From a virus (taxonomy: Duplodnaviria > Caudoviricetes), in IMG/VR virus record IMGVR_UViG_2770939519_000001, positions 1 to 64,000 of that record: a DNA stretch of 64,000 nt; one strand, given 5' to 3'. Below the pieces are notes generated by a model that saw only the letters and a list, made by a program, of their open reading frames with translations, ran no database searches and was not told the origin of the DNA. Positions 1 to 9,453 of the stretch are shown piece after piece. A program made the position numbers and the translations under genes. Within the stretch, counting starts at the first letter, position 1, and the number at the start of each line of letters is the position of its first letter.

Positions 1-402
1 ATGTCCGACGGCGACCCCGCCACCGACCCACTGAGCGAAACCACCCTGGTGACCCAGTGCGGTCACGAGGTCCACCTCGAGGCGTACCAGGTAGAGGGAA
101 CCGGCTACGTGGTGATCACGCATGCCGACGGCACGACCGACGAGATCACCGCGGCCCAAGCCACGGACGTCATCGCGGCCCTGGGAGTCCAGGCGCATCG
201 CATGGCGGCCGAGTACCGGTCCGCCACGGGCGAGCCGGAGGCGGTTACGCCCTTCCACTCGCCCCGCAGCGTCCTCGGAAAGTTCAAGGGGTGGCGCAAC
301 TCTGCCCCCGGTCACAGCAAGGCTGTAGCGGGCATGACGGCGGGCCTGGGCGTCGCGCTGGTCGCCGATTGGGTCCGCTTCGCCCTGGAGGCCGCGGCCT
401 GA
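1..402 (+). CDS. Hypothetical protein with C-terminal hydrophobic segment (5' end may lie outside the window)
   Basis: 133-aa ORF with high-GC codon usage; ends in VAGMTAGLGVALVADWVRFAL. Confidence 0.5.
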   Translation: MSDGDPATDPLSETTLVTQCGHEVHLEAYQVEGTGYVVITHADGTTDEITAAQATDVIAALGVQAHRMAAEYRSATGEPEAVTPFHSPRSVLGKFKGWRNSAPGHSKAVAGMTAGLGVALVADWVRFALEAAA

Positions 403-503
403 CCGATCGAAAGCGATGCTGCCGGATCGGTTTTCGGTAGCGCGCGGTGGATTGCCCGTGACAGGCCATCTTCTGCGGCGTCGTTCGCACGCCTCCGGAT
501 GAA

Positions 504-1232
504 TCAACCGTCTGACCGACGGGAATCGAGTGCTCTCCGATGGATCATCCGCAAAGCTTCGAGAATTTCCTCGATGATCAGGTCCACGTCAGCGCCGACG
601 CCTGGCCTGCTCAGGAGATACTCGATCTTGCCCGAAAGTTCCCGTCGGACGTGTGTCACCGTCTTGCCCAGTTCGGGGATGGGTTGGAGTAAGCGGGGCC
701 CGCCGGGAATCGGCGTGCCCTGCACCGCAAGTCGCGCGACGAGCTGGAAGGTCTCGTATGCACGCGAGAGCCTGGCGATCGGACCCGCATCGCTTCGGTG
801 CGCACGGGAAAGCTGGTACCACCCTGCCTGCGCCAGGTCGGCGATCAGTTTGTGCGGGTCCTGACCGACCTGATCGGACGGTGATGCGGGCATCAGACCT
901 TTACGGCTGACGTATTTGAAGGGCTGACGATGGCCGGGTTCCCACGGAATCGGCGCGCTTTGGCCAACCCACCCGCAGGCCAGGTGGGCAGCCGGGAGAT
1001 CGGCCAATGTGAGCTCGACCTTGCCGGTGGCAGGCTCGCGTTGCCAGCTGGTGATGGCAAAAGCCCCGGTCACCACGTTGCTTTCGACGGCAAGCGCGAT
1101 ATCGCCGAATTGTTCGAGTTTCACATCCGAGCAGGTCCACCAGCGCGCGGTTCGGTCCCGCAACGACTGCGCCACGGCGTCGTCCTGGTGACCGGATGCG
1201 GTGCGAGTCGGGGTGACGTTGAACTCGATCAC
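504..1232 (-). CDS. Hypothetical protein
   Basis: 242-aa ORF with globular composition; N-terminal half has a W..(S/A)....ALAV...VVTGAFAI..W ... QPFKYV pattern, C-terminal half looks helical. Confidence 0.6.
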   Translation of the reverse strand: MIEFNVTPTRTASGHQDDAVAQSLRDRTARWWTCSDVKLEQFGDIALAVESNVVTGAFAITSWQREPATGKVELTLADLPAAHLACGWVGQSAPIPWEPGHRQPFKYVSRKGLMPASPSDQVGQDPHKLIADLAQAGWYQLSRAHRSDAGPIARLSRAYETFQLVARLAVQGTPIPGGPRLLQPIPELGKTVTHVRRELSGKIEYLLSRPGVGADVDLIIEEILEALRMIHRRALDSRRSDG

Positions 1233-1397
1233 CAGCCGAGAATACGTCGAAGTTCAGATACGTATCAATAGATACGCGGACCAGTATCCACTGATATGTG
1301 CCGCCGCGGAGCGATGGCATGAGAAGCTATTCGCAAGTTTCGAAAGCTCGTTCTCATCGTTCGATGGTCCGTCATCCGAGGCAAACGGGCAAGGGAG

Positions 1398-1943
1398 GTG
1401 TGCACCGTGGGTGGGCGAGCGTTGGAAGAGAAAACCTTCATCCCCGCTGGTGATCCACAGGACTTGGCTCCAGTATTGAGCTTCCTCACGGCGCATGAGC
1501 AACGTTGGGGGACACAAGCGCAGCTGAGCTATGCCCTTGTCGGCATCGACGAGCACGACCGGATCGAGCTTCCGGAGGAAGTTCATCAGGCATTGAAGCA
1601 GGTCGTTGCCGCCTTGCTGGCGGGCAAGGCGGTAACTGTCGCGCCGCGAAGCATGACCTTGACCTCGCAGCAGGCCGCTGATCTGCTCGGGGTCAGCCGC
1701 CCAACGGTGATACGACTCATCGACAGAGGGGATCTGCCCGCCGAACGGGTCGGTAATCGCCATCGATTGCGGCTGGACGACGTCCTCGTCTACCGGGAAG
1801 CAAGACGTAACCGTCAGTACGAAGCACTGGCCGAGACCGCGGTGGACATCGATGCCGAGGACGATCCGGAAGAGATTCGGGAACAGTTGCGTCAAGCCCG
1901 CAGAATCATGGCCGAACGCCGAAAGACAGAGCGGCGGAACTGA
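1398..1943 (+). CDS. Excisionase-family (HTH_17) DNA-binding protein, VapB50-like antitoxin
   Basis: LTSQQAADLLGVSRPTVIRLIDRGDLPAERVGNRHRLRLDDV motif; GGGAGG RBS; directly upstream of a PIN gene. Confidence 0.85.
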   Translation: MCTVGGRALEEKTFIPAGDPQDLAPVLSFLTAHEQRWGTQAQLSYALVGIDEHDRIELPEEVHQALKQVVAALLAGKAVTVAPRSMTLTSQQAADLLGVSRPTVIRLIDRGDLPAERVGNRHRLRLDDVLVYREARRNRQYEALAETAVDIDAEDDPEEIREQLRQARRIMAERRKTERRN

Positions 1944-1955
1944 AACAATCGGGAC

Positions 1956-2534
1956 ATGTTCGCCGTAGTGCTGGATACGTGCGTGCTCTGGCCGAGCCTG
2001 CAACGTGACTTCTTGTTGTCGCTGGCAGTCGAGGGCATGTACCGGCCGCTATGGTCGAGCGCGATCATCGGCGAGCTGGAATATCACGAGAGCGCCAAAC
2101 TGGTTGCCTGGGGCGAGGATCCGGAGACAGCTCGAAAACGCTCGTGTCATCTGATCGACATGATGACCTTGAGATTCGATGACGCATGCGTAGAGAACTG
2201 GGAATCGCTGGAGGGTACATTCCGGCTGCCCGATCCGAACGATGAGCACGTCCTCGCCGCGGCGGTTGTCGGTGGCGCGGGGGCGATCGTCACCGACAAC
2301 GTCTCTGATTTTCCCGAGCGTGAAGACCTCATCCCTTCGCGGATCAAGATTTTGACGGCAGCTCAGTTCGCTGCCGACACTGTCGCGGTCTCTCCGGAGA
2401 CGGCGTTGCATGCGATCGAAACGATGATCGTCCGCTTCGAGCGACCGCCACTGACTGTCGAACAGGTGCTCGGGTTTCTGATCGATCGGTATGCAATGAC
2501 CGAAGCGGTGGAGCTGATTCGTTCAGTCTGTTGA
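1956..2534 (+). CDS. PIN-domain ribonuclease toxin, VapC50-like
   Basis: VVLDTCVL, WSSAIIGEL, LPDPNDEHVLAAAVVGGAGAIVTDN PIN motifs. Confidence 0.9.
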   Translation: MFAVVLDTCVLWPSLQRDFLLSLAVEGMYRPLWSSAIIGELEYHESAKLVAWGEDPETARKRSCHLIDMMTLRFDDACVENWESLEGTFRLPDPNDEHVLAAAVVGGAGAIVTDNVSDFPEREDLIPSRIKILTAAQFAADTVAVSPETALHAIETMIVRFERPPLTVEQVLGFLIDRYAMTEAVELIRSVC

Positions 2535-2566
2535 GTTTTGGAGCCTTCGCGTTGAATCGTGTTGTG

Positions 2567-2968
2567 CTACTGCTGCGCAGCCGCCAACTGCCCGGCCTCG
2601 GCGGCAATAACCTTGCGCCGCTGAGCGATCAGCCGTTTCGCCACGGCCTCCAGCACCGCCAGATCCGCTGATTCCAGCAGCTCCATCCCGGCTGGAGGAG
2701 CCCACCCCTTGGCGGGCGCCTTCACATCCAGACGTGCCGCAACGACTTTCGGATCGATCCCGAGCGCATCCGCCAGCTTCATGACCGTCGTCGCATCGGG
2801 AATGGACCGGTTGCCCTTACCGGTCAGCAGTCGATGCACAGTGCTCGGACCCAACCCGGCGGCCTCGGCGAGCCGGGCGAGGCTGGGCACCCCGGTGCGC
2901 GGGTGCAGGAATCCCGCCGCGGCCATTTCCGATGCCCACGGCTCGGGCGCGATTTCTCCGCGTGACAT
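2567..2968 (-). CDS. XRE-family HTH protein, candidate prophage immunity repressor
   Basis: SLARLAEAAGLGPSTVHRLLTG...TVMKLADALG HTH; GGGAGG RBS; divergent from the early lytic operon. Confidence 0.75.
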   Translation of the reverse strand: MSRGEIAPEPWASEMAAAGFLHPRTGVPSLARLAEAAGLGPSTVHRLLTGKGNRSIPDATTVMKLADALGIDPKVVAARLDVKAPAKGWAPPAGMELLESADLAVLEAVAKRLIAQRRKVIAAEAGQLAAAQQ

Positions 2969-3088
2969 GACCGGGCGTCCTCCCTGATTGCGCTGATGTG
3001 CCGACCACTGTAGCGCACAGAGTTCATGGGATTTGGGACGGTAGGACGCTTCACACGCTGATCTTTAGCTCGAGCTGCCTTCCGCTAC

Positions 3089-3118
3089 TGGACAGTTACG
3101 TCCCATATGTCCTATAGT
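3089..3118 (+). promoter_or_regulatory. Candidate SigA-type early rightward promoter
   Basis: TGGACA (3089-3094), 18-bp spacer, TATAGT (3113-3118); in-frame ATG at 3128 suggests a leaderless or near-leaderless mRNA. Confidence 0.5.
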
Positions 3119-3127
3119 ACGTGGAAC

Positions 3128-4210
3128 ATGAGCGCTTCGGCATCAGGTGAACCACCTGATGAGCCCCGATCCTCATCGCCGATGAAGCGTCCCCCGGCCG
3201 CCCGCCGAACCATGGACGCGATTCGGGCAGCTACGCCCCCGAACCAGTCGACGAAGGACCCCGTGACATCCCATACCTCCCAGCCCATCAACGGCTGCGC
3301 CGTCCCGCTGGGCCGATTCCGCGCCGGTTCACCCGAATGGCACACCGCCCGCACCACCGGCCTGGGCGGCAGCGAGATCGCCGCGGTCCTGGGCCTGAGC
3401 CCCTGGGAGTCCTACTGGTCGCTGTGGCACCGCAAACAGAATCTGCTGCCCCCGGTCCGCGAAAACCTCTACATGCGCATGGGCTCGCTGTTCGAGCCGG
3501 TCATCTACGACCACTACGAACGCGAACTCCTCCCACCCGACCACACCATGACCACCGGCTGGACCTACCGCCACATCGACCGCCCCTGGATGATCGCAAA
3601 CCCCGACGGCCTGATCTGGAATCCCGACGGCGACCTCGTCGACGGCATCGAAATCAAATGCGCCGCACGCGATCATCAATGGGGACCCGAGGGCACCGAC
3701 GCCATCCCCATCTACTACAAGACCCAGATCTGCTGGTACTGCATCGTTCTCGGCCTCGACGGCATGAATCTGCGCGTCGTCTTCGGCGTCGGCGACTGGC
3801 GCACCTACCGCTACGAACCCACTGCCGAAGACATCGACACTCTCATCACCGCGGGCGCAGACTTCATGGCCGCCCTCGCCGCCCGGCAGCCCCCCAACCT
3901 CGACAGCCACCTCATGACCTACGAGGCCGTGCGCACCCTGCATCCCGAAATCGATGGCAGCACGATCCAGATATCCGCCGATCTGGCCGACCGCTGGTGG
4001 ACCGCCCAAGCCGAATTCGCTACGGCCGAAAGGCAACTCCAGCACGTCCGCAACGAACTCGCCGACACCATGGGCGACGCCTGGCGCGCGCAATGCGGCG
4101 ACCAAACCCTCGCCTGGCGCCAACGCCCCCGCGGCAACGGCGTCCCATTCCTCAAATCCGCACCCAACCCGCACCACGGCTCGATCACCGAAGCCCTCCC
4201 GAAAGGATGA
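3128..4210 (+). CDS. YqaJ/lambda-exonuclease-family recombination exonuclease
   Basis: EWHTARTTGLGGSEIAAVLGLSPW, ANPDG, GIEIK, YKTQICWY motifs; start uncertain. Confidence 0.9.
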   Translation: MSASASGEPPDEPRSSSPMKRPPAARRTMDAIRAATPPNQSTKDPVTSHTSQPINGCAVPLGRFRAGSPEWHTARTTGLGGSEIAAVLGLSPWESYWSLWHRKQNLLPPVRENLYMRMGSLFEPVIYDHYERELLPPDHTMTTGWTYRHIDRPWMIANPDGLIWNPDGDLVDGIEIKCAARDHQWGPEGTDAIPIYYKTQICWYCIVLGLDGMNLRVVFGVGDWRTYRYEPTAEDIDTLITAGADFMAALAARQPPNLDSHLMTYEAVRTLHPEIDGSTIQISADLADRWWTAQAEFATAERQLQHVRNELADTMGDAWRAQCGDQTLAWRQRPRGNGVPFLKSAPNPHHGSITEALPKG

Positions 4211-4482
4211 CCGTGCAGCTCACCGACTCTCTGCCACCGAGAACCGCCACGGGCGGTCGCCCGCACGCCTACGCCGCCGAAGCCGCGACCCTGCGCACCA
4301 ACCCGTACAAGTGGGGCCGCATCCTCACCGCGGGCAACCCGGCCGTCGCCGCGTCGCAAGCCAACAACATCCGCCGCGGCAAACTGCGCTCCTTCGAACC
4401 GGCCGGAGCCTTCGAGGCCGCCGCCCGCGGCTGCGATGTCTGGGCCCGCTATCTGCCCACCCCGGAAGCCGATGCCGCGTGA
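4207..4482 (+). CDS. Small phage hypothetical protein
   Basis: ATGA overlap with the exonuclease stop; MTVQLTDSLPPR...FEAAARGCDVWARY; its stop overlaps the recT start. Confidence 0.65.
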   Translation: MTVQLTDSLPPRTATGGRPHAYAAEAATLRTNPYKWGRILTAGNPAVAASQANNIRRGKLRSFEPAGAFEAAARGCDVWARYLPTPEADAA

Positions 4483-5207
4483 GCTCGATCGCCAACGCCG
4501 CCAACGCCTCCGAGCTGACCCCCGCGTCCATCGTCAACAGGTACCGCGACGACATCGCCGCGGTTCTGCCCCCGAAACTGCAGGCCCGCATCGACCGCTG
4601 GCTGCGCCTGGCCATCGGCGCGGTCAACAGCAATGCCGATCTGGTCGACCGCGTCCGCGCCGACCAGGGCGCGTCGATGATGCAGACGCTCATGAAATGC
4701 GCGGCCCTGGGCCACGAACCCGGTTCGGGCCTGTTCCACCTGGTCCCCAAGGGTCCGCGGATCGAGGGCTGGGAGGATTACAAGGGCGTGCTGCAGCGCA
4801 TCGACCGCTCCGGCGTCTATGCCCGCGTGGTGGTCGAGGTCGTGCACGCCAACGACGACTACGCCTACGACCCCAACCTCGACGATCGCCCGCAGCACAA
4901 GCGCGCTGCCGCCGATCGCGGCGAACCGGTGTCGGCCTACGCGTACGCGGTCTATCCCAACGGGGCGGTCACCGCGGTCGCCGAGGCCACCCCCGAACTG
5001 ATCGCCGCCTCCAAAGCCAAGGCCCGCGGCGCGGACAACGCCTCCTCGCCCTGGCGCGCACCCGGTGCGCCGATGCACCGCAAGGTCGCCATCCGGCAGC
5101 TGGAGAAGTTCGTCGCCACCTCCGCCGAGGACATGCGCGAGGTCGCGGTCCGCAATGCCGCGCCCGACGTCGAGGACGCACCCGCCGACTACTACCAGGA
5201 ACCGTGA
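4479..5207 (+). CDS. recT: RecT-family single-strand annealing protein
   Basis: CAALGHEPG..LFHLVP, DYKG...RSG, VVHAND.Y, SPW...MHRKVAIRQL motifs; adjacent to the YqaJ exonuclease. Confidence 0.85.
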   Translation: MSSIANAANASELTPASIVNRYRDDIAAVLPPKLQARIDRWLRLAIGAVNSNADLVDRVRADQGASMMQTLMKCAALGHEPGSGLFHLVPKGPRIEGWEDYKGVLQRIDRSGVYARVVVEVVHANDDYAYDPNLDDRPQHKRAAADRGEPVSAYAYAVYPNGAVTAVAEATPELIAASKAKARGADNASSPWRAPGAPMHRKVAIRQLEKFVATSAEDMREVAVRNAAPDVEDAPADYYQEP

Positions 5208-5395
5208 TGGAACAGATCTCCTACACCGCCGAACAGGCCGCCGCCCGCACCGGCCTCAAACCGCGCCGCATCTACGACGCCATGACCAACTGCGAACTGG
5301 CCTACCTGCAGGTCGGTCGCAACAAGGTGATCCTGCACGACGAGCTGATGCGCTGGTTGAAATCCCATCAGCCCGGCAGGCCCACGGCCGCTTGA
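5207..5395 (+). CDS. Excisionase-like (MerR-type HTH) protein
   Basis: 62 aa, SYTAEQAAARTGLKPRRIYDAMTNCELAYLQVGRNKVILHDELMRWL; TGATG coupling to recT. Confidence 0.7.
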   Translation: MEQISYTAEQAAARTGLKPRRIYDAMTNCELAYLQVGRNKVILHDELMRWLKSHQPGRPTAA

Positions 5396-5463
5396 TCTTT
5401 CGCCTCGCACCCTCGACCGGCAGCGCCGACCACACCGCCGCCGGTCCCACCTTCGACCTCGAT

Positions 5464-6051
5464 ATGGATTCGCCCGCAATGTATGTCGACCTCCTACCCG
5501 CCGACACGGCCCGTAATCACATCCAATTCCTATGTGACAACGGCAGCAACCAATCCCGCATAGCCCGCGCCGCCCGCATAGCCCGACCCACGGTGGTCGC
5601 GATCCACCGCGGCCGCAATCAGCGCATCACCCGCGATATCCACGAACGCATCCTGCGCGTGCGCCCCGGCGACGACGGCATCCCCGCCGGACATGTCGAC
5701 GTGCTCGGCTCGCTGCGCCGGGCGCGTGCGTTGATCGCCGACGGCCATCCGATCACCGAGATCGCGGCCCGGGCCCGGCTGACCGTCGAAGCGGTAGCGG
5801 CAATCGCGGAAGGGCAGGTCGGCGACGTTCCCGAGGAGGTCGCGCGGCGGCTCGCGCGTGCTTTCTCGAGCTTGCAGATGATTCCCGGCACGTGTGAACA
5901 GACTCGCCGCTATGGTGCCGCGCGGCGCTGGCATCTGTCCTGGGAGTGGGACGAGGATGATCTGGATCGCCGCCGCGCCCGGCCGTGCGCGCCGAGTACC
6001 AGTCGCCGCCACGAGATGGACGCGGCCGGGCCTCTCGAGGTCGCGGCGTGA
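5464..6051 (+). CDS. Phage DNA-binding protein with two HTH-like segments
   Basis: QSRIARAARIARPTVVAI and GSLRRARALIADGHPITEIAARA segments. Confidence 0.55.
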   Translation: MDSPAMYVDLLPADTARNHIQFLCDNGSNQSRIARAARIARPTVVAIHRGRNQRITRDIHERILRVRPGDDGIPAGHVDVLGSLRRARALIADGHPITEIAARARLTVEAVAAIAEGQVGDVPEEVARRLARAFSSLQMIPGTCEQTRRYGAARRWHLSWEWDEDDLDRRRARPCAPSTSRRHEMDAAGPLEVAA

Positions 6052-6650
6052 CCCTCGTGCACATTCCCGACAACTTCCCGGACGGCCCGGGCTTCAGCGA
6101 ACTCGAACGTGGGCACCAGTATTCACTGCTGCTCGGCTGGTTGTACTGTGCCCGCTACGACACCACCATCGTGCCGTCGGGCATCTGGGCGTCGTTCACC
6201 TCCGAGGTCACCTCGGGTGTACTGGAGCGCGCCGGGCTGATCGAAATACGGTCCACCCCAGCGGGAATCGTCTGTCACGGCGGTGGAAAGCCGAAACGAC
6301 CCCATCGCGCAGTAGCACCCCACGATTCGGCTCGATTCGAGGCGTGGTGGTCGGTCTGGCCGCGCAAGCAAGCCAAACGCGCCGCGCAGCAGGCATTCGC
6401 CAAGGCGCTCACCAAGATCGGCTTCGACGACCTGATGGCGGCCACCCACCGCTTCGCCGACGACCCGAACCGCGAAGACCGCTACACACCCCACCCCGCG
6501 ACCTGGCTCAACGGCGAACGCTGGCTCGACGCCCCCCAACCCGCCGACCCGCGCAGCACCAATGCCACCGCCCGGGTGAGCGCGACCGTCGAACTCGGCC
6601 GCAGACTGGCAGCCGCACAACAACTTCCCGCCCTGCGAGGACCGCGATGA
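6048..6650 (+). CDS. Phage replication initiator-like protein
   Basis: C-terminal RFEAWWSVWPRKQAKRAAQQAF...HPATWLNGERWLD domain typical of phage replisome organisers; GTGA overlap. Confidence 0.7.
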   Translation: MTLVHIPDNFPDGPGFSELERGHQYSLLLGWLYCARYDTTIVPSGIWASFTSEVTSGVLERAGLIEIRSTPAGIVCHGGGKPKRPHRAVAPHDSARFEAWWSVWPRKQAKRAAQQAFAKALTKIGFDDLMAATHRFADDPNREDRYTPHPATWLNGERWLDAPQPADPRSTNATARVSATVELGRRLAAAQQLPALRGPR

Positions 6651-7132
6651 ATCCTCGTCACATCGAGGCGGCCACCACCGCCTACGCGGCCGCCGAAGCC
6701 CTCGACCCGCAGATGCCCGCCGCCGACCTGATCCGCCTGCAGGCGTGGGCGGACCTGTTCGTCGACGACAATATCGGCCCGGCCGAGGCCCTGGCGGCGG
6801 TCAAGGACTTCTACCGCCAGCCCCAACGCTTCCCGATCAAACCCGGCGACATCATTGCCCGCGTGCGCCGCATGCCCGTCACCAGCAGCCCCGAACGCAT
6901 CCGCGCCTTCATCGACCGCTGGTCCGACCACCCGTACTCCGACGCGATCAGTCGCATCACCGGCATGACCTGGACGCCGCCCTACCCGCCGCCCGCCGAT
7001 ATCGACCGCGACGACCCCGACGCGCTGCGCGCATACCACCGCGCCGCCTACAAGACCTGGATCGCGACCCATCGCGCCGAACTCGAACAGCGCGCCCTGG
7101 CCCACGGCGAACAACTGGAACTGACCGCATGA
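6647..7132 (+). CDS. Putative helicase loader/inhibitor-like protein
   Basis: Lies between initiator and helicase; AW..L......EALAAVKDFY.......KPGDI pattern; ATGA overlaps on both sides. Confidence 0.45.
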   Translation: MNPRHIEAATTAYAAAEALDPQMPAADLIRLQAWADLFVDDNIGPAEALAAVKDFYRQPQRFPIKPGDIIARVRRMPVTSSPERIRAFIDRWSDHPYSDAISRITGMTWTPPYPPPADIDRDDPDALRAYHRAAYKTWIATHRAELEQRALAHGEQLELTA

Positions 7133-8634
7133 CAACCGCTTACGAGCGAGTCGTCGACGCCTTCCGCGCCCACGGACTGATCGTGATCGAGCGCGGCACC
7201 CACACCGCCTCCGCGCAGGCCCCCGGCCATTCCCCGGCCGATCGCTCGGTGTCGATCCGCGGCATCGAGGGCCAGGTCCTCATCCACAGCCACAGCGACG
7301 ACACCGCCACCGTCCTCGACGCCGTCGGGCTGACCATGCCCGACCTGTTCGACAGCCCCCAGGGAGCTACTTACAGCTACGACGACGGCCGCATCGTGCG
7401 CCGCACGCCCGCCAAGAAGTTCAGCCAGACGGGAAACACTCAGGGCCGCAGCCTGTTCCGCGCCTCTCGTCTGGCGGACGTGGATACGGTGTTTCTGGTC
7501 GAGGGGGAGAAGGACGTCCTGGCGATCGAATCGCTCGGCGGCACCGCCACCTGCAACGCCATGGGTGCGGGCAAACTTCATCTGTTCGACTTGACCCCGC
7601 TGCACGGTAAGAAGGTCGTCATCGTCCGCGATATGGACGAGATCGGCGAATCCCATGCTCGCCAGGCACTTTCACTGCTGGAGGGGCGCGCCGAGGTCAC
7701 CCTGGTACGCCCGGCCGTCGGAAAGGACGCCGCCGACCACATCGTCAACGGCTATGGCCTGCAGGACTTCCCACCCGTCACACCACCCATGCCCGAGGGT
7801 CCACGCCGCCTGTCCGACGCGGTGGCCGACTGGTGGACCTGGCTGGACGCCCCGCCCTCCCAGGTCCGGATCTTCCCGACGCCATGGGTGCGACTGAACG
7901 AGGTCATCGGCGGCGGCCAACACCCCAAACGCGTCTACATCGTCGCAGGCCGCCCCGGCGGCGGCAAAACCATCGGCCTGCTCAACCTCGCCCACCACAT
8001 GGCCGAAAACGGCCACCGCGCACTGGTGTTCAGCCTGGAAATGCCCGAACTGGAAATGGTCTCCCGCGTCATGTCCGCCGGAGCCGAAGCCAACTACGGC
8101 CGCATCACCCGCCGCGAACTCGATCAATGGGACCGCCGCAAACTCGAACTGTTCCACCGGGGCGGCCGCATCGACAACACCGACCTGTGGCTGATGGACC
8201 ACTCCACCCTCACTATCGAGGACATACGCGCCATCGCCCGCCAAATGAAAGCCTCGACCGGCCTGGACGGCGTATTCATCGACTACATCGGCCTCATCAC
8301 CGCCACAAAAGGCCACCGAGACCGCCGAGAATCCCTGGGCCACATCATGAAAGAGGCCGTCAAAATGAGTAAGGAACTCGACCTGGCCGTCACGATCGCC
8401 TCCCAACTCAACCGCGGCCCCGACCAATCCAACCGCCCCCCAATCCTTTCCGACCTCCGCGAAACCGGCGACATCGAACAGGACTGCGACGTAGCCCTGC
8501 TCCTACACCACCCCCAGATGGACGGCATCCCCACCGGCGAAGTCGAAATCATCGTCGCCAAAAACCGCACCGGCCCCCGCGACACCACAATCACGCTGCC
8601 CTGGCGCCCCAACTACGCCAAGATCGGAGCCTGA
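7129..8634 (+). CDS. TOPRIM primase / DnaB-like SF4 helicase fusion
   Basis: VFLVEGEKDV and IVRDMDEIG (TOPRIM); AGRPGGGKT Walker A; FSLEM, VFIDYIGL, SQLNR, DLRETGDIEQDCD, AKNRTG DnaB motifs. Confidence 0.9.
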   Translation: MTTAYERVVDAFRAHGLIVIERGTHTASAQAPGHSPADRSVSIRGIEGQVLIHSHSDDTATVLDAVGLTMPDLFDSPQGATYSYDDGRIVRRTPAKKFSQTGNTQGRSLFRASRLADVDTVFLVEGEKDVLAIESLGGTATCNAMGAGKLHLFDLTPLHGKKVVIVRDMDEIGESHARQALSLLEGRAEVTLVRPAVGKDAADHIVNGYGLQDFPPVTPPMPEGPRRLSDAVADWWTWLDAPPSQVRIFPTPWVRLNEVIGGGQHPKRVYIVAGRPGGGKTIGLLNLAHHMAENGHRALVFSLEMPELEMVSRVMSAGAEANYGRITRRELDQWDRRKLELFHRGGRIDNTDLWLMDHSTLTIEDIRAIARQMKASTGLDGVFIDYIGLITATKGHRDRRESLGHIMKEAVKMSKELDLAVTIASQLNRGPDQSNRPPILSDLRETGDIEQDCDVALLLHHPQMDGIPTGEVEIIVAKNRTGPRDTTITLPWRPNYAKIGA

Positions 8635-8637
8635 CCC

Positions 8638-8862
8638 ATGCCCACCAAACCCGAACTCGAAATCTGGGGCAACGAACACCTCATAGTCATCACCACCGAC
8701 ACCCGCTCCTGCGTCTTCACCATCGCCCACGGCCCCGAAATCCGCACCACCCAACCGGTCATCGGCGACTCCGACGGCGAATTCGAACTGGTCTTCCGCA
8801 TCTCGCGCCACTCGATCCACGACCGCGCTCAGGCGTCGGAAATCCTCACGCCAGCAGCTTGA
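8638..8862 (+). CDS. Small hypothetical protein
   Basis: 74-aa ORF 3 nt after the helicase stop, with the same C-rich codon bias. Confidence 0.55.
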   Translation: MPTKPELEIWGNEHLIVITTDTRSCVFTIAHGPEIRTTQPVIGDSDGEFELVFRISRHSIHDRAQASEILTPAA

Positions 8863-8872
8863 TCCGCCGCAT

Positions 8873-8899
8873 GGTGGGTACCCGGCCCGGGCACCCACC
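8873..8899. terminator. Hairpin between convergent genes
   Basis: GGTGGGTACCCG-GCC-CGGGCACCCACC; 12-bp stem with one mismatch. Confidence 0.55.
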
Positions 8900-8907
8900 G
8901 CCGGAGA

Positions 8908-9279
8908 CTAAGCGTCGATCATGCATTTCAAGAACTGATCACCGAACTTATACCTGTCGCCCTCACTGCTGTCCTGACTCTTCTCGATACATGGACCCCG
9001 GCGCGGTGCGAGCATGTCCTGCTCCGCTTCACTGAATTGACTATCGGAGCCGAACATCTTCTCCTTCATGCACTTCCCGAATGAGTCCATGAACTGCTTG
9101 ACTTCATCTCGCGGGATCCCCGCAACAACCTTCAAACACTCACTCACCTCCGGCTTCAGTTTCCCAGCCAGCTCCTTCTGCTCCGCACTGAGAGGCGCCG
9201 CCCCAGCGGGCCCGGCAAGCAACACAACAGCCAGCGCCGCGACCCCGAACGAGACAACCGAAACCTTCCGACCCAACAT
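8908..9279 (-). CDS. Secreted small helical protein with four cysteines
   Basis: Signal peptide ending GPAGA-A; four spaced Cys in a K/E-rich helical body. Confidence 0.7.
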   Translation of the reverse strand: MLGRKVSVVSFGVAALAVVLLAGPAGAAPLSAEQKELAGKLKPEVSECLKVVAGIPRDEVKQFMDSFGKCMKEKMFGSDSQFSEAEQDMLAPRRGPCIEKSQDSSEGDRYKFGDQFLKCMIDA

Positions 9280-9453
9280 CCCCTACCCCTTTCCCGATAC
9301 CTGACACGGACGGCCCTCGTCACAGCACACCGCGGCCACAACAAGCACCGACAATCCATTCGCCACAACAGCCCAACCCGGATGGGTAACAAGCGAAACC
9401 ATCACCCAGGCGTAGCGTCCCCGAGCACACCCAACCAGCCAGGAGCCCAACCC

